Shown one piece after another: positions 10,836-21,903 of a stretch of DNA of 64,000 nucleotides. The stretch comes from Candidatus Moraniibacteriota bacterium. Its GTDB lineage: Bacteria > Patescibacteriota > Minisyncoccia > Moranbacterales > UBA1568. How positions within the stretch are numbered: position 1 is the first letter of the stretch; the number at the start of each line of letters is the position of its first letter. The stretch spans positions 1,128-65,127 of the forward strand of contig JBBCGM010000001.1 of the NCBI GenBank assembly GCA_037201605.1, written 5' to 3'. The position numbers were made by a program, and so were the translations under genes. Below the pieces are notes generated by a model, which ran no database searches, was not told the origin of the DNA, and saw only the letters and a program-made list of their open reading frames with translations.

Positions 10836-11509
10836 TTAGATCAGCCCAGGATCTAGGAAGGCATAACCCGCCCCTTCATCACCACCGCCCGGCCAATCAG
10901 GGCGTGCACAAAGCTCTAGTTGTTTCTCCTCCCCATCATCGGACGAAAATAGAAAGAACATCGAGTCAACAAAATCCTGAGAAGAATCTTGAATAGGGGC
11001 ATGGAGGATAGAGATTGTCCCTATAGCCCATCTGCCGCAACTGACTGCCAGTAACCGCTTCGAGAATACGAGGGACAAGGCCGGCAAGAGGTTTTTCATA
11101 GCCGAATAATTCATGCGTAGGCCCCTATACTTCTCATCTGCTTCACCTTGTACCACGGAATCAGAGCGATTCTATAGATCCCGCCCTTTTCCAATCGATG
11201 GTTACCGTCGTAGGAATCGGAAGCGTTAGAGAGGAGCATCTGCTTAGCAAGATAGTCCACCAAGATACCTTGAGCTTCAAGGCGTTCAATTTCCTGAGCG
11301 CCGGTCAAATCCAGACCGGTCATTTCAATGACCCAGTGACCATTTCGGTTCCGATGGAAGAAAGAAGTGAGGGGCCAGGGATTCTCCTTGCGGTTGAAGC
11401 GCTTGAGCGCTTCGAGTACTTCAGGACCGTCATCACCCTGCAGATTGGTGAGGAGCTGCATATACGGGCCGCTGATGTCGCGGGCCGTCAGCTGAGCATG
11501 GTTTGCCAT
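10836..11509 (-). CDS. Hypothetical protein (one frame break near 11130)
   Basis: ORFs 11111-11509 and 10836-11156 are contiguous and on the same strand. I recognise no family. The gene has a consensus promoter and its own terminator. Confidence 0.5.
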
Positions 11510-11650
11510 GGTCAGTTCCTTTCGGATACGCTAGCGGGCTTCCGAACATTTCCGGATTTGCCATAGCAGGCAAAGGCCCAAAAAGACTGAGATAAAAGCC
11601 TCTTTCTGCTACAGCAAAGCCGTATAAATTTATTAAGATACTAGTTCTTA

Positions 11651-11679
11651 ATTATACTCCTTTTTACTCATTCTGTCAA
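11651..11679 (-). promoter_or_regulatory. Perfect consensus sigma-70 promoter
   Basis: The minus strand reads TTGACA, a 17-nt spacer, then TATAAT. It lies about 140 nt upstream of ATG 11509. Confidence 0.7.
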
Positions 11680-11682
11680 TAC

Positions 11683-11714
11683 ATAAGAAGCCCTCTTCAT
11701 AGAGGGCTTCTTAG
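11683..11714 (-). terminator. Hairpin after tRNA-Pro
   Basis: GAAGCCCTCT-ATGA-AGAGGGCTTC forms a 10-bp stem. The U-tract is weak (TTAT). Confidence 0.4.
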
Positions 11715-11728
11715 TCGATTTTCATTTG

Positions 11729-11798
11729 TCGGGATGCCGGGAATCGGACCCGGTCTACACCACCCCATGGGCGCGTACTACCGGTATACTACATCCCG
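11729..11798 (-). tRNA. tRNA-Pro(GGG)
   Basis: Acceptor CGGGATG/CATCCCG, D arm GTAT/GTAC, T arm CCGGG-TCCGATT-CCCGG, and loop ATGGGGT as in E. coli proL. The anticodon stem closes only if one G is restored in GGTG. CCA is not encoded. Confidence 0.75.
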
Positions 11799-11813
11799 AA
11801 AACCACTCTGGGG

Positions 11814-12436
11814 TTACTCCAGAATGCCGTCGAGGTTAACATCATAGAGCATCTGCTCCTGGATGAGTCGGTATTTGATGATCTCGGCTTCCGTAAACCA
11901 GATCTTGATCTCGCGCTCGGCTTCCTCCGGATTCTCGCTGCAGTGGATCAGATTACGCACGCCGCGCTCATCCTGGTTGGCAATCTGATACGAAGTCTAT
12001 AGCGTAGTCGCCTCGGATCGGTTCCGATATCAGCTGTTGTGGGCTCCGTGCCTCCGACGAGCTTCGTGATAACGGCCGTAGCCGCATTACCCTCGAGAAT
12101 TCATGACGATGACGGGGCTCGCTGTGATGTAGTGTACCGATGCCGATGATGTCGCGGCCGTATTCGATCGGCTCCTTATCGGCAGAAAGGCCGGCGCTCT
12201 TGCGGTTGTCCGCGACCATCGTACCCTTGCGGAGGAACCACTCATCATCCTTGTTGTAATGGTCCCAGCACTGCTGCTCGGTTGCGAGCACCATCTTGAG
12301 GGCCGTCATTTTGAGCCCTACATGCTCGAAGCGGGGAAATGATCTCACCCACCAGGGCACGTTGGACGCCATCGGGCTTGATAAGGACCAGGCTGCGTTC
12401 TTGTTTGGGGTGAGGTTTCTGTTGGACTTCCGCCAT
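11814..12436 (-). CDS. ndk: Nucleoside diphosphate kinase, long form (2-3 frame breaks)
   Basis: [25 protein letters not shown]...GLKMTALKMV and the C-terminal NLIHCSENPEEAEREIKIWF. Confidence 0.75.
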
Positions 12437-12514
12437 AAAGAATATTTGCAAAAGATAAAAGAGACGATATCACGAGCAGTAAAGCACGAAAAAAGCCTTT
12501 AGGCAAGGGCTTCG

Positions 12515-14829
12515 TCAGCGTTCAGCCCGGCAGTGATTCTCTCGCTGCGCGCAGGAATAGCGGATACTCCCCTCTTGGTCGGTGCGGCGCACGGTGATGC
12601 CCCGGCGCGTCAGGCGCTCCAAAACGCCTGGGTCCGGATGGCCGTAACTGTTCTCACCTACTGAAACAACGGCCTCCTCCGGCCGCACCAGGTCCAGGAA
12701 AGCATCGCTTGAGGAATACTTGGAACCGTGATGCGCCACCTTGAGGACGGCCACCTGCGGTTCACTCGCAGCACTGTTTCCTCGTGCGGCAGGTCGCCGG
12801 TCAAGAGAAAGCTCGTTTCGCCAAAAGTGAAGCGCGCTACAATACTCCCCTCGTTCGTTTCGCTTTGGCTGTCGGGTGCGAGCGGCTTGCCTGGATATTC
12901 GAGGGTGAGCTTGCCTCCTTCAGGCAATTCAATCTCGGTACCTTTTGCTACTGAGAGCACTTGGCCGGCGCGCTCCCGCGCCAGCGTCTCGAAGTTTTGT
13001 GACGTCTCGGTATTGGAAGTCTGGCCGTTCGTGAGGACGGTTTCTACGCGGTAGGCCGTAAACAAACCGGGCAACCCGCCGATATGATCGCTATCCGGAT
13101 GCGTGGCGATGACGGTATCAATATTCCGGTCCCAAAAGGGAATGAAGCGCCCGACGCGCGCGAGCAAAAGCTTGGGGTCCCGCCCGCCGTCGATCACGAT
13201 CTGATGCTCTCCCTGCTGGATCAGGATGGCATCCCCCTGGCCGACATCAAGAAAGACGATCTCGGTCTGCTCCCGGCGACGTAGCGCCAGGAAAGAAAGA
13301 AGGCGCCCCAAAGAGTCACGAGGCCGAGACACAGGGATGTCAGGAAGAGTGAAGGCGTACGCATACCAGCGGCGTTTGCGGCGGAGAGCAAGAAAGAGAC
13401 AGTACAAAACAAGGAGAGTATACCAGAATGCCAGCCAAAAGAGCGAAACAGGCGGAAGCGGGAGTGCGATAAACGAGAGACTCGCGAAGAATTCCGCAAA
13501 GCGCAGAAGAAAGGTGAGCGGGAGATAGGCTATAAAAGCGTAGAGTGCTGCAGCTCCGGGAAAGAGGAGTCCGAGGATGGCTACCGCGCAACTGGTAAGC
13601 ATAGCTACCGGTACGACCGGAAGCAGGATGAGGTTGGCAAAGAAGGAAAACCAGGAAAAGAGATGGAAATGATAGAAGATGGCGGGCAGCACGAAGAATT
13701 CGACGAAGAGCGTTACTTTGGCTGCTTCCTGCCAGAAAGCAAACTGCTGCTCAGGCCCGGGCAGCCGATACCAATCCACAGCGAAGAAAATACCGACCAG
13801 CGCGAGAAACGAGAGTTGGAAACCGACATCGTAGCGCAGAAGGAGCGGATTGAAGACAAGCATGAGCACAGCGGCAAAAAGAAGGAGCGGAAAAGGACGG
13901 CTCAAACGGCCCTGATGGAGCGCGAGAAAGGTCAGGAGCGCCATGACGCCTGCCCGCACCGCCGAGGCCGGAGCGCCCACGAAAAAGATGAAGACAAAAA
14001 TCCCCAGTGCCGCAACCAAGAGCGCCTGTCTCCGCCAGAAGCCCGACGCGAGCGCTACGAACAAGACTCCTTCGGCCACCAGCATGATATTGTAGCCGGA
14101 TACCGCGACGATATGTGTCATACCGATACGCTGAAAGGCGATTTTCTGTTCTTCGGGCAGATAATCGCTTCCCCCGAGTACGAGACCCTTGGCGAGTCCC
14201 GCTTCGGGTTCCGGAATGACATTCGTAAGAGAATCCTCCAATACCTGATGTGCTCTCCCGAGTGCTGCCCAGAATGTCCCTCTAACATCCAAGGGAAGCT
14301 GTTCACCTGGGTTACCCTCTTTGCAGACGCTCCGGATGCCGTGCGTCCCGAGAAAAGACACGTAATCAAAATCGGAGGAGAAGTTCTCAGGTTTTGCAAG
14401 CGGACAGGTAAAGGCGAAACGTTCGCCCAAATGCCCCTTGAAGGAAAGCGGCGCCTGCCAAAGAATGCGGCCTTCGGCGCACGCGGACTCCGGGGCGCAC
14501 GCAAGCGGCTCGAGGATGACTTCCTGGAAAAAGAGATGCGGCTCGGGATAGGTAACAATACGCACGCTGCCCTGGAAAGGCTCGGGCGGCAATGTAAATC
14601 CGCGCAAATCCTGATAGGCACTATTTGTCAGGAATGCTCCGGCTAGAAGACCAGAGAGGAGCAGTGTTCCGTAAAGAAGCATGCTTCGGGAACAAAAGAA
14701 CCAGCCGAAAGGCAAAAACAAAGCCGTCAGTCCCAGAAGGAGTGACGGCGCAAAACTGAAAAAAGAAGCGAGAATATTCCCGAGAAGAAAGCCGCTCGCC
14801 AGAAGAAGCGCGCCTTCGAATGGATGCAT
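12515..14829 (-). CDS. comEC: ComEC/Rec2 DNA-uptake channel with C-terminal metallo-beta-lactamase domain (one frame break near 12750)
   Basis: The 723-aa ORF is polytopic and then reads IVFLDVGQGDAILIQ...VIATHPDSDHIGG. ORF 12515-12754 gives LKVAHHGSKYSS. Confidence 0.85.
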
Positions 14830-14831
14830 AG

Positions 14832-15281
14832 CTACTCTCCCATACTCTCAAGGATGCGACGGAAGCTTTTCACGCTCCCGAAAGACTTGTACACGCTCGC
14901 GAAGCGAATGTAAGCGACTTCATCTTTTGCCTTGAGACTTTTCAAAATCAGGTTGCCGATCTCGCGGCTCGGAATCTCGTTCTCGCGCTGCTCTTGGAGA
15001 CGGATATCGAGTTCGCTCAAAATCGCCTCGATCTTTTCTTCGGCGCCCGGCCGCTTCTCAAAGGCCCGACGCAAGCCGCGCTCGACTTTGGTGCGATCGT
15101 ATTCTTCTTTGGTGCCATCGCGCTTGACCACCAGAATGCGTGAGATCTCACGCGCTTCATAGGTGCTGAAGCGTTTGCCGCACGCACTACAGCAGCGCCT
15201 GCGGCGCACCGCACGGCCTTCCTGGGCATCCCGGGAATCGATGACTTTCGTATTATCAGTGTTGCAGTACGGACAGCGCAT
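14832..15281 (-). CDS. nrdR: Transcriptional repressor NrdR
   Basis: Intact: MRCPYCNTDNTKVIDSRDAQEGRAVRRRRCCSACGKRFSTYE, followed by an ATP-cone. Confidence 0.9.
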   Translation of the reverse strand: MRCPYCNTDNTKVIDSRDAQEGRAVRRRRCCSACGKRFSTYEAREISRILVVKRDGTKEEYDRTKVERGLRRAFEKRPGAEEKIEAILSELDIRLQEQRENEIPSREIGNLILKSLKAKDEVAYIRFASVYKSFGSVKSFRRILESMGE

Positions 15282-15363
15282 AAGCGTTCTTCTTTCACTC
15301 TAAGGAACTTCTCCTGAAAAGAAAAGCCCTCCGTCTCCGGAGGGAAGGAATGACTCGCGTCTT

Positions 15364-16635
15364 TTACTTTTTCATCTTCCGTCGGATAAAGGCCGGGATT
15401 TCAAGATCCTCTTCTTCTGAAAATTCTTTGGGTTCAACCCGCGAACCGATCGGCCGTGGCTGCACCTTCTCATCAAGGATCATAACGGGTTGCTCCATCT
15501 TACGCGACGTAAATGACAAGAGCTCTTCGTTTATGAGTTCGTCTTCGGTCATTTCCGGTGCGGTCACCACAGTCTCGCGCCTGGTAGGCTGCTTGGCTGC
15601 TTGAGGCCTTTCGGGCCGATAGCCGCTCCCCACACGGGTCACGAGGCCGGGCATTTCAGGCTTTTCGTCGATGTCAAAGCCGGTAGCGACCACTGTGATC
15701 TGAATCTCGCCCTTGCGGATCTGATCATCGGAAACAGCGCCGAAGATAACCTTGGCATTCGGATCGATATTTTCCGTAATGACATTGGCTGCCTCATTGA
15801 CTTCGAGCATTGAGAGATCTGAGGAACCGGAAATATTGAAGAGTACGCCTTTGGCACCGTCGATGGAAAGTTCAAGAAGCGGACTATTGATGGCTGCCTT
15901 GGCTGCTTCAGTTGCCCGGTTTTCGCCAGAGGCGATACCAATACCCATAAGGGCGCTGCCGCTTTCCTCCATGATGGCCCGTACGTCGGCAAAGTCGACG
16001 TTTACAATACCTGGCTTGGTGATAAGGTCAGAAATTCCTTGGACGCCCTGGCGTAGCACGTCGTCTACGATGCGGAAGGCATTCACGAGCGAGGTCTGGC
16101 GATCAATAATGGAGAGCAGCTTGTCGTTGGGAATGGTGATGAGCGTATCGACACGGTCCTTGAGATTCTCAAGCGCCTCTTCGGCGATGGCACGGCGCTG
16201 GGAACCTTCGAAAGCAAACGGCTTAGTAACCACGCCGACCGTCAGCGCTCCGAGCTCTTTGGCGGTCTCCGCTACGATAGGCGCGGCGCCCGAACCCGTT
16301 CCGCCGCCCAAACCGCAGGCTACGAATACCATGTCGGCGCCTTTCAGCACTTCTTGGATTTCGTCGCGATTCTCTTCAGCTGCTTGTCGTCCGATTTCCG
16401 GATTCATGCCGGCACCGAGACCTTTGGTCAGGTTCTTTCCAATGTGCACCTTTTCCTGTGCCTTGGAGTGATGCAAAGCTTGGGCATCCGTATTGATGGC
16501 CACAAATTCTACTCCGCGAATTTTGGCATCGATCATCCGAGAAATAGCATTATTTCCGGATCCTCCTACTCCAACTACCTTAATTTTCGCAAATGTTTCG
16601 ATATCCGCCTTAATTTCTGCCATAGAATAATGCAT
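15364..16635 (-). CDS. ftsZ: Cell division GTPase FtsZ
   Basis: Intact 423 aa: [17 protein letters not shown]...[16 protein letters not shown]. The C-terminal peptide is [11 protein letters not shown]. Confidence 0.95.
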   Translation of the reverse strand: MHYSMAEIKADIETFAKIKVVGVGGSGNNAISRMIDAKIRGVEFVAINTDAQALHHSKAQEKVHIGKNLTKGLGAGMNPEIGRQAAEENRDEIQEVLKGADMVFVACGLGGGTGSGAAPIVAETAKELGALTVGVVTKPFAFEGSQRRAIAEEALENLKDRVDTLITIPNDKLLSIIDRQTSLVNAFRIVDDVLRQGVQGISDLITKPGIVNVDFADVRAIMEESGSALMGIGIASGENRATEAAKAAINSPLLELSIDGAKGVLFNISGSSDLSMLEVNEAANVITENIDPNAKVIFGAVSDDQIRKGEIQITVVATGFDIDEKPEMPGLVTRVGSGYRPERPQAAKQPTRRETVVTAPEMTEDELINEELLSFTSRKMEQPVMILDEKVQPRPIGSRVEPKEFSEEEDLEIPAFIRRKMKK

Positions 16636-16835
16636 CGTGTCCCCCTCTCGAGAGCGCCTTAGTGCTTAGCCCTCCTGATTCCAATCTTTTCTGAGTTTCT
16701 CCCCCATCATACTCTGCTTTCAAAACCCCGTGCAAGCCGCTCTCGGCTTGAAGAGGAAACCTAGCATAAAAAAAGGCGGGGCGTCAAGGACGTCTGCGAA
16801 CCCGTTCCCCCTGTATTTGAGCCTTTTTCAGGCTT

Positions 16836-18099
16836 TTACTGAGGCAGAAACTTCTCTGACCAGCGTTTGAGCTTGTCGGCCATGCCCTGCATGCCTCCCG
16901 GCAGGATACTCAGCATGCGGCCGGCTGAAAAAGTACGACTCCGGGGACCGGCTTCGCGGGGCAAAAAGGACGAGGCCGATAGCGGTAGCCAGCTGCGGAC
17001 TGTCTACTTCATCGAGAATGCCGCCCAGCGAATGCGGATACCCCACATGGACAGGCAGACGCAGTACCTGTTTGCCGAGTTCAACGGCACCCGGCAAAAG
17101 CGCGCCGCCGCCGGTCAAGACCGCACCGCCCGGCAGCAAACCTTCGCGTCCGACGTTTTTCAATTCGTTGTTTATGAGCCCGTATATTTCTTCAAGGCGC
17201 GCTTCAATGATTTCGGCAATGTGATGGCGCGACACCAGACCTTCTTCCTGGGAATCAAAAAGGGAGAGGTCGATGTCTTCCTTCGGAGAAACATCTTTGG
17301 CTTGGGCGCTGCCGTACTGGAGTTTGACGGCCTCGGCCACCTCGATGGAAGAACGCAGGCCGATTGCGATGTCGTTGGTAATGTGGCTTGCGCCTACCGG
17401 CAAGACAGCGAGGTGGAGCAAATCTCCGTCTTCAAAAATAGCAAGCGAGGTGGTGCTCCCGCCCATATTGACCAAAACGGTACCCAGTTCCTTCTGCTTC
17501 GCAGTGAGGACCGCTTCGGCAGCCGCAAGCGGTTCTGCCACGCGTTCGCTTGCCGCAGTACCAGCCTGTTCCAAGGCACGGTCGAGGCTTTTGAGGTGCG
17601 AACCGCTGCCGCTCACGACCAGCGCATTGAGTTCCAGGCGCACTCCGCGCATACCATGCGGATCGCGGATATTCTTTTGATCGTCGAGACGATAATCCTT
17701 AGGGATGACGTGGATAATCTCGCGATTTAGAGGCATGGTAAGACGCGCCTGCACCTCGGCCAGGGCCCGAGCAGTATCATCCTCGGTCACTTCGCCATCC
17801 GCACGGCCGACTGCCACGACGCCGAGAGCTACCTGACAGGCGAGTTCGGCGCCCGAAACGCCTACTGCCACTTCTTCTGCAGCATGTCCCGCCATGCGTT
17901 CGGCGCGCTCAAGCGCACCGTTCACGGAACGGGCTACGGCCTCGGTATCCAAAACCGCGCCTCGGCGCATACCCAAAGCCTGAGTGCTCCCCACACCCAC
18001 GACGCGTAACATTTCTTCTCCGGAAAGTTCTTCAGCAATAACCGCGCGTACGTAGGAAGAGCCTATATCCAGACCGACGTAGTAATGCCCTTTGGCCAT
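16836..18099 (-). CDS. ftsA: Cell division protein FtsA (C-terminal frame break)
   Basis: MAKGHYYVGLDIGSSYVRAVI with an actin-like fold. The amphipathic tail MQGMADKLKRWSEKFLPQ is in another frame and ends at 16836. Confidence 0.85.
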
Positions 18100-18221
18100 A
18101 AAACAGGGTCTACTCAACTAAAAACCAATCCTCGGCGCGGAAGCCGAGCTTCAGTGCCGTCTATTATACCCCGATTTGTGTCCCCTGCAAAACTTTTTGC
18201 TTCAAACAAAAGGCAAAAAGA

Positions 18222-18572
18222 TTATGTGAAAAGATGTGGCGCGTATAGCAGGATGCCTAAAGCGATAGCCGCAAGCGCCACGATGAGAACCGCTCCGGCT
18301 ACAATATCTTTGACGGCTTTGACATACGGGTGAACGGTAGGCTTGAGGATATCCATGGTACGTTCAATCGCCGTATTGAAAAGCTCGAGTGCAAGGACCA
18401 AGGCCGTCATGATCACGACCAGACCCAGCTCAAGGCGTGAAAAATCAAAATACCAAGCACCAAGAAGCGCCGCTATCCCCAGAAGAGACTCTATCTGAAA
18501 ATTGCGTTCCTGCCTGAACGTAAAGAAAATGCCTGAGAAAGCATTGCGGAAACTTTTGAAGATCTCTTGCAT
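18222..18572 (-). CDS. dgkA: Diacylglycerol/undecaprenol kinase family protein
   Basis: Intact 116 aa with 3 TM segments: FRNAFSGIFFTFRQERNFQIE...ELFNTAIE. Confidence 0.8.
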   Translation of the reverse strand: MQEIFKSFRNAFSGIFFTFRQERNFQIESLLGIAALLGAWYFDFSRLELGLVVIMTALVLALELFNTAIERTMDILKPTVHPYVKAVKDIVAGAVLIVALAAIALGILLYAPHLFT

Positions 18573-18590
18573 AGTAAAAAAAGAGAATGG

Positions 18591-19042
18591 TTATTGAAGC
18601 AGCCCTTCTACCAACGCCTTCACTTCTTCTCCCGATGCTCGGCCAGCCACCGCTTTCATGGCTAGTCCCATAGCAAGACCCATTTTAGCCTTCTCGGTAA
18701 TGCCCTGGGCAGCCAAAGCTTCCTTGACGATTTTGGCTAGCTCCTCCGGAGGCAGGCTTTCCGGCAAGTATTCGGAGAGGAGATCGAGTTCCGCCACCTC
18801 TTTGAGTGCCAAATCTTCCGGCCACCGGCACGATACTGTTCGATGCTATCCTTACGCTGTTTCACCATACGCTTTACCACCGCTACTACCTGTTCATCAG
18901 ACAGTTCTTCCGGCGGCTGACGCTTCTCAATGGCTTCGTTTTTGATGGCACTCTGAAGCAGGCGCAGGGTATCACGGCGCTGTTCCTCCTTGGACTTCAT
19001 AGCCTCTTTCAGCTGGCCCAGTATTTGATCGTAGAGCTGCAT
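18591..19042 (-). CDS. GatB/YqeY domain protein (one frame break near 18800)
   Basis: MQLYDQILGQLKEAMKSKEEQRRDTLRLLQSAIKNEAIEK and the C-terminal KAKMGLAMGLAMKAVAGRASGEEVKALVEGLL. Confidence 0.8.
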
Positions 19043-19083
19043 ACGGGAGAAAAGAAATATTTCTTTCATTTTACCAGAAAGCC

Positions 19084-19110
19084 GAGAAAAAATCCCCCTT
19101 GCGGGGGATC
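19084..19110 (-). terminator. Intrinsic terminator after rpsU
   Basis: The minus strand reads GATCCCCC-GCAA-GGGGGATC followed by TTTTTT. Confidence 0.75.
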
Positions 19111-19115
19111 CTCCT

Positions 19116-19371
19116 CTAACGGTTCATTTTCTTCTTGATATCACGGAGTGCCTCATCGTCGAACTTGCCGAGCTTTTTGAGACGGTTGATTTCCTTGCGG
19201 ATATCGACTTTATAGAGCGCTTCCTGGCGTCGTTCCGTACGGCTCTTTTCAGGCTGGTGGAAACGCCGCTTGCGTACCTGGCGCAAAACGCCGGACTGCT
19301 GGACGCGCCGCGAAAAAACGCCGAATCAGGCTTTCCGCGCTCTCTTTTTCTTTTTTCTTGACTTGGATCAT
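19116..19371 (-). CDS. rpsU: 30S ribosomal protein S21 (one frame break)
   Basis: MIQVKKKEKESAESLIRRF, then RRVQQSGVLRQVRKRRFHQPEKSRTERRQEALYK after removing one base from the A6/T6 run at 19313-19318. Confidence 0.8.
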
Positions 19372-19399
19372 AGCGACCTCCTTTCTCTTGGGTATGGAG

Positions 19400-19758
19400 T
19401 TATTCTTCCGAAACGGGATGGATATTCTCGCTCAGACGAGCTCCGCCGAGCAGGTGCACGTGCAGGTGGTCTACCTCCTGGCCACCGCCTCGGCTACCCG
19501 AATGAGGAGTTTATATCCTTTTTCTGAAATATTCAAGTCCTCGGCCAAACGGCGCGCCCGATAGAGCATGTGGCCCACCAAGGGCGCATCCTCCTCCTCG
19601 AGCGTCTGGATGCCTCCAATGCGCTTCTTTGGGATGATAAGGATGTGTACCGGAGCAATCGGCCGGATGTCCTTGAAGGCTAACATCTCGTCATCTTCGT
19701 AGACGATATCGGCCGGAATCTCTTTGCGGATGATCTTCTGAAAGACCGTTTCCTCCAT
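19400..19758 (-). CDS. HIT-family nucleotide hydrolase (one frame break)
   Basis: MEETVFQKIIRKEIPADIVYEDDEMLAFKDIRPIAPVHILIIPKK. The histidine triad GQEVDHLHVHLLGG is in a shifted frame. Confidence 0.8.
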
Positions 19759-19763
19759 AGGGT

Positions 19764-21150
19764 CTAGGCATTGAGCGACTGATTGGCTTTGAGCACTTTT
19801 TTGACCGCATCGACAAGCTTTATCTGGGTGACCGTTTCCTGCGTCCCGGAGAGCATGTCTTTGACGATCGCCGTTTCATCGAGTGCTTCTTTCTGACCGA
19901 TATGATCGTCACTTCCGCACCCAGGCGATTGGCCACGCGCATCTGGGACTTCAGACTGCCGCGGCCAAAACTCTCCCCGAGCAAGATGCCGTTCTTTTCA
20001 AGCTCCGCGAAAAGCCGAAGACTCTTCTTCTTCGCCATTTCACCCAGCTGCGCCAAAAACACTTTCGGTTGTGGCAGATGATAGGGTTTGACCTGGGTAC
20101 GCTTCATCTCCAGCACGATGCGGTCGAGGCCGAGGGCAAAACCGATGGCGGGCGTCGCTTCTCCTCCGAGGCTTTCTATCAAGCGGTCATAACGGCCGCC
20201 GCCGCCGAGCGAGTAGTTTTTACCTTCTTCATCGGTCGAACGAATTTCGAACACGGTGCGGGTGTAATAATCAAGGCCGCGTACTAGACGGGTGTTAATG
20301 CTGTAAGGCAGCTCCAGTTCATCGAGGTACTCGAGGAATTTCTTGAAGTGTTCACGGCTTTCCGGATCCAAGTAATCAAGGGACTGGGGAGCGTGCGAGG
20401 TCAGCTGGACGCACTTGTCTTCCTTGCAGTCCAAGATGCGCAGAGGGTTGGCGAGCAGGCGTTCACGGCACTTCTGACACAGCTTCTGCTTCTGGCTCTC
20501 CAGGTAGCGCACCAGCGCCTTCTCGTAATCTTTGCGAGTTTCGGGCGTCCCGATCGAATTCACCTGGAATTCGATATTCTTGAGCCCGAGCTGCTGGATC
20601 ACACGATACGCCAGCTGGATCACTTGAGCATCGAGAATCGGGTCGCTTTCCCCGAACATATCGAAGTTGGCCTGCCAGTGCTCGCGGTAGCGGCCCCTCC
20701 TGGGGACGGTCGTAGCGGAAAAGGGGGACCCATGGAAAAGAGTTTGACCGGCTTGGAGAGAACGCCCATACCGTGCTCAATGTAGGCGCGACAGAGCCCA
20801 GCAGTCATCTCGGGACGCAGCGCCACGCGATCGCCGCCGCGCGTATTGAAGAGATAGATTTCCTTGTCAACGATATCGGTACCCTCACCAATGGTGCGGA
20901 GATAAATATGTGCATACTCGACCGTCGGCAGATCGATGCGCTGAAAACCGTATTCGTGCGCTGCGGCTGTCAAAATCTTGCGAGCCCGCTCCCAGTAGGG
21001 CTGCTCGGCAGGCAGAATGTCGCGCATACCGCGCAGTGCCTGCATGAGGAGCTCCTCCTGAGGTACGACACGCTTTTCCTTCTTGACTTCCTTTTTGGGA
21101 TCAGCCTTCTTTTTGGCAGCAGCTGGTTTAGCCGTTTTCTTTGCTGGCAT
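19764..21150 (-). CDS. hisS: Histidine--tRNA ligase with a Lys/Ala-rich N-terminal extension (about 3 frame breaks)
   Basis: MPAKKTAKPAAAKKKADPKKEVKKEK, then LRGMRDILP...ALRPEMTAGLCRAY, then ORF 19820-20659. The C-terminus ends at a stop at 19764. Confidence 0.85.
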
Positions 21151-21181
21151 AGAGTTATATGAGGAGCGGATTACGGAATAT

Positions 21182-21789
21182 TTAAAAAAGCGCGAGGTGC
21201 TTGGGCGGCCAAGCGCGCACCAAAACGCGACCGATAATGTCACGCTTGGGCAGGGGTCCGAAGCTGCGCGAATCGAAACTGAAAAGGCGGTTGTCTCCCA
21301 TAGCGAAATACTCGTCTTCGCCTAAGGTTACCTCTCCATGTCAGGCATGGAAACGGTCGAGGGAAGATAGGCGCTCTCATCAAGGACGAAACCGTTCGGG
21401 TATTCGGCATTATAGAGAAAAACGCGATTATTTTTGATAGCAACACTCTCGCCCGGAAACGCGATCAAGCGCTTGATGAAGAATTGCGACTCATTACCAG
21501 GATAGCGAAAGACAAAGGTATCCTGACGATGCAACTCCCGGAACCCACCGAAGCGGAGTCCGGCGAGCAGCTTGGTCTCTTTATACCCGAATTCGCTTAT
21601 CACCAGGTACTCTCCGTCCTTGAAATTGGGCTCCATACTCGAACCCTGGACAAAGAACGGTTGGAACAAAAAAATGCGAATCGGTATAATGATGACGAGT
21701 GCCAGAAAGAACACTTTCGCCATTTCAAAAAACAGCTCGCGCAGACTAGTGTATCCTTCGACTGGAGCTTCCGGGGTGATTTCCGACAT
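21182..21789 (-). CDS. lepB: Signal peptidase I (one frame break near 21330)
   Basis: VQGSSMEPNFKDGEYLV, FIKRLIAFPGE, and a shifted tail GDNRLFSFDSRSFGPL. Confidence 0.85.
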
Positions 21790-21903
21790 AGCGGCAATGT
21801 GCTTCGTTATCTATCCCTGCAAACGTAAATAAACAAGACCATGATAGCACATTTTTACCCCCTCCGTAAAGAGAAACTCTTCCCTTTTCTAAGCCTTTTT
21901 TCT

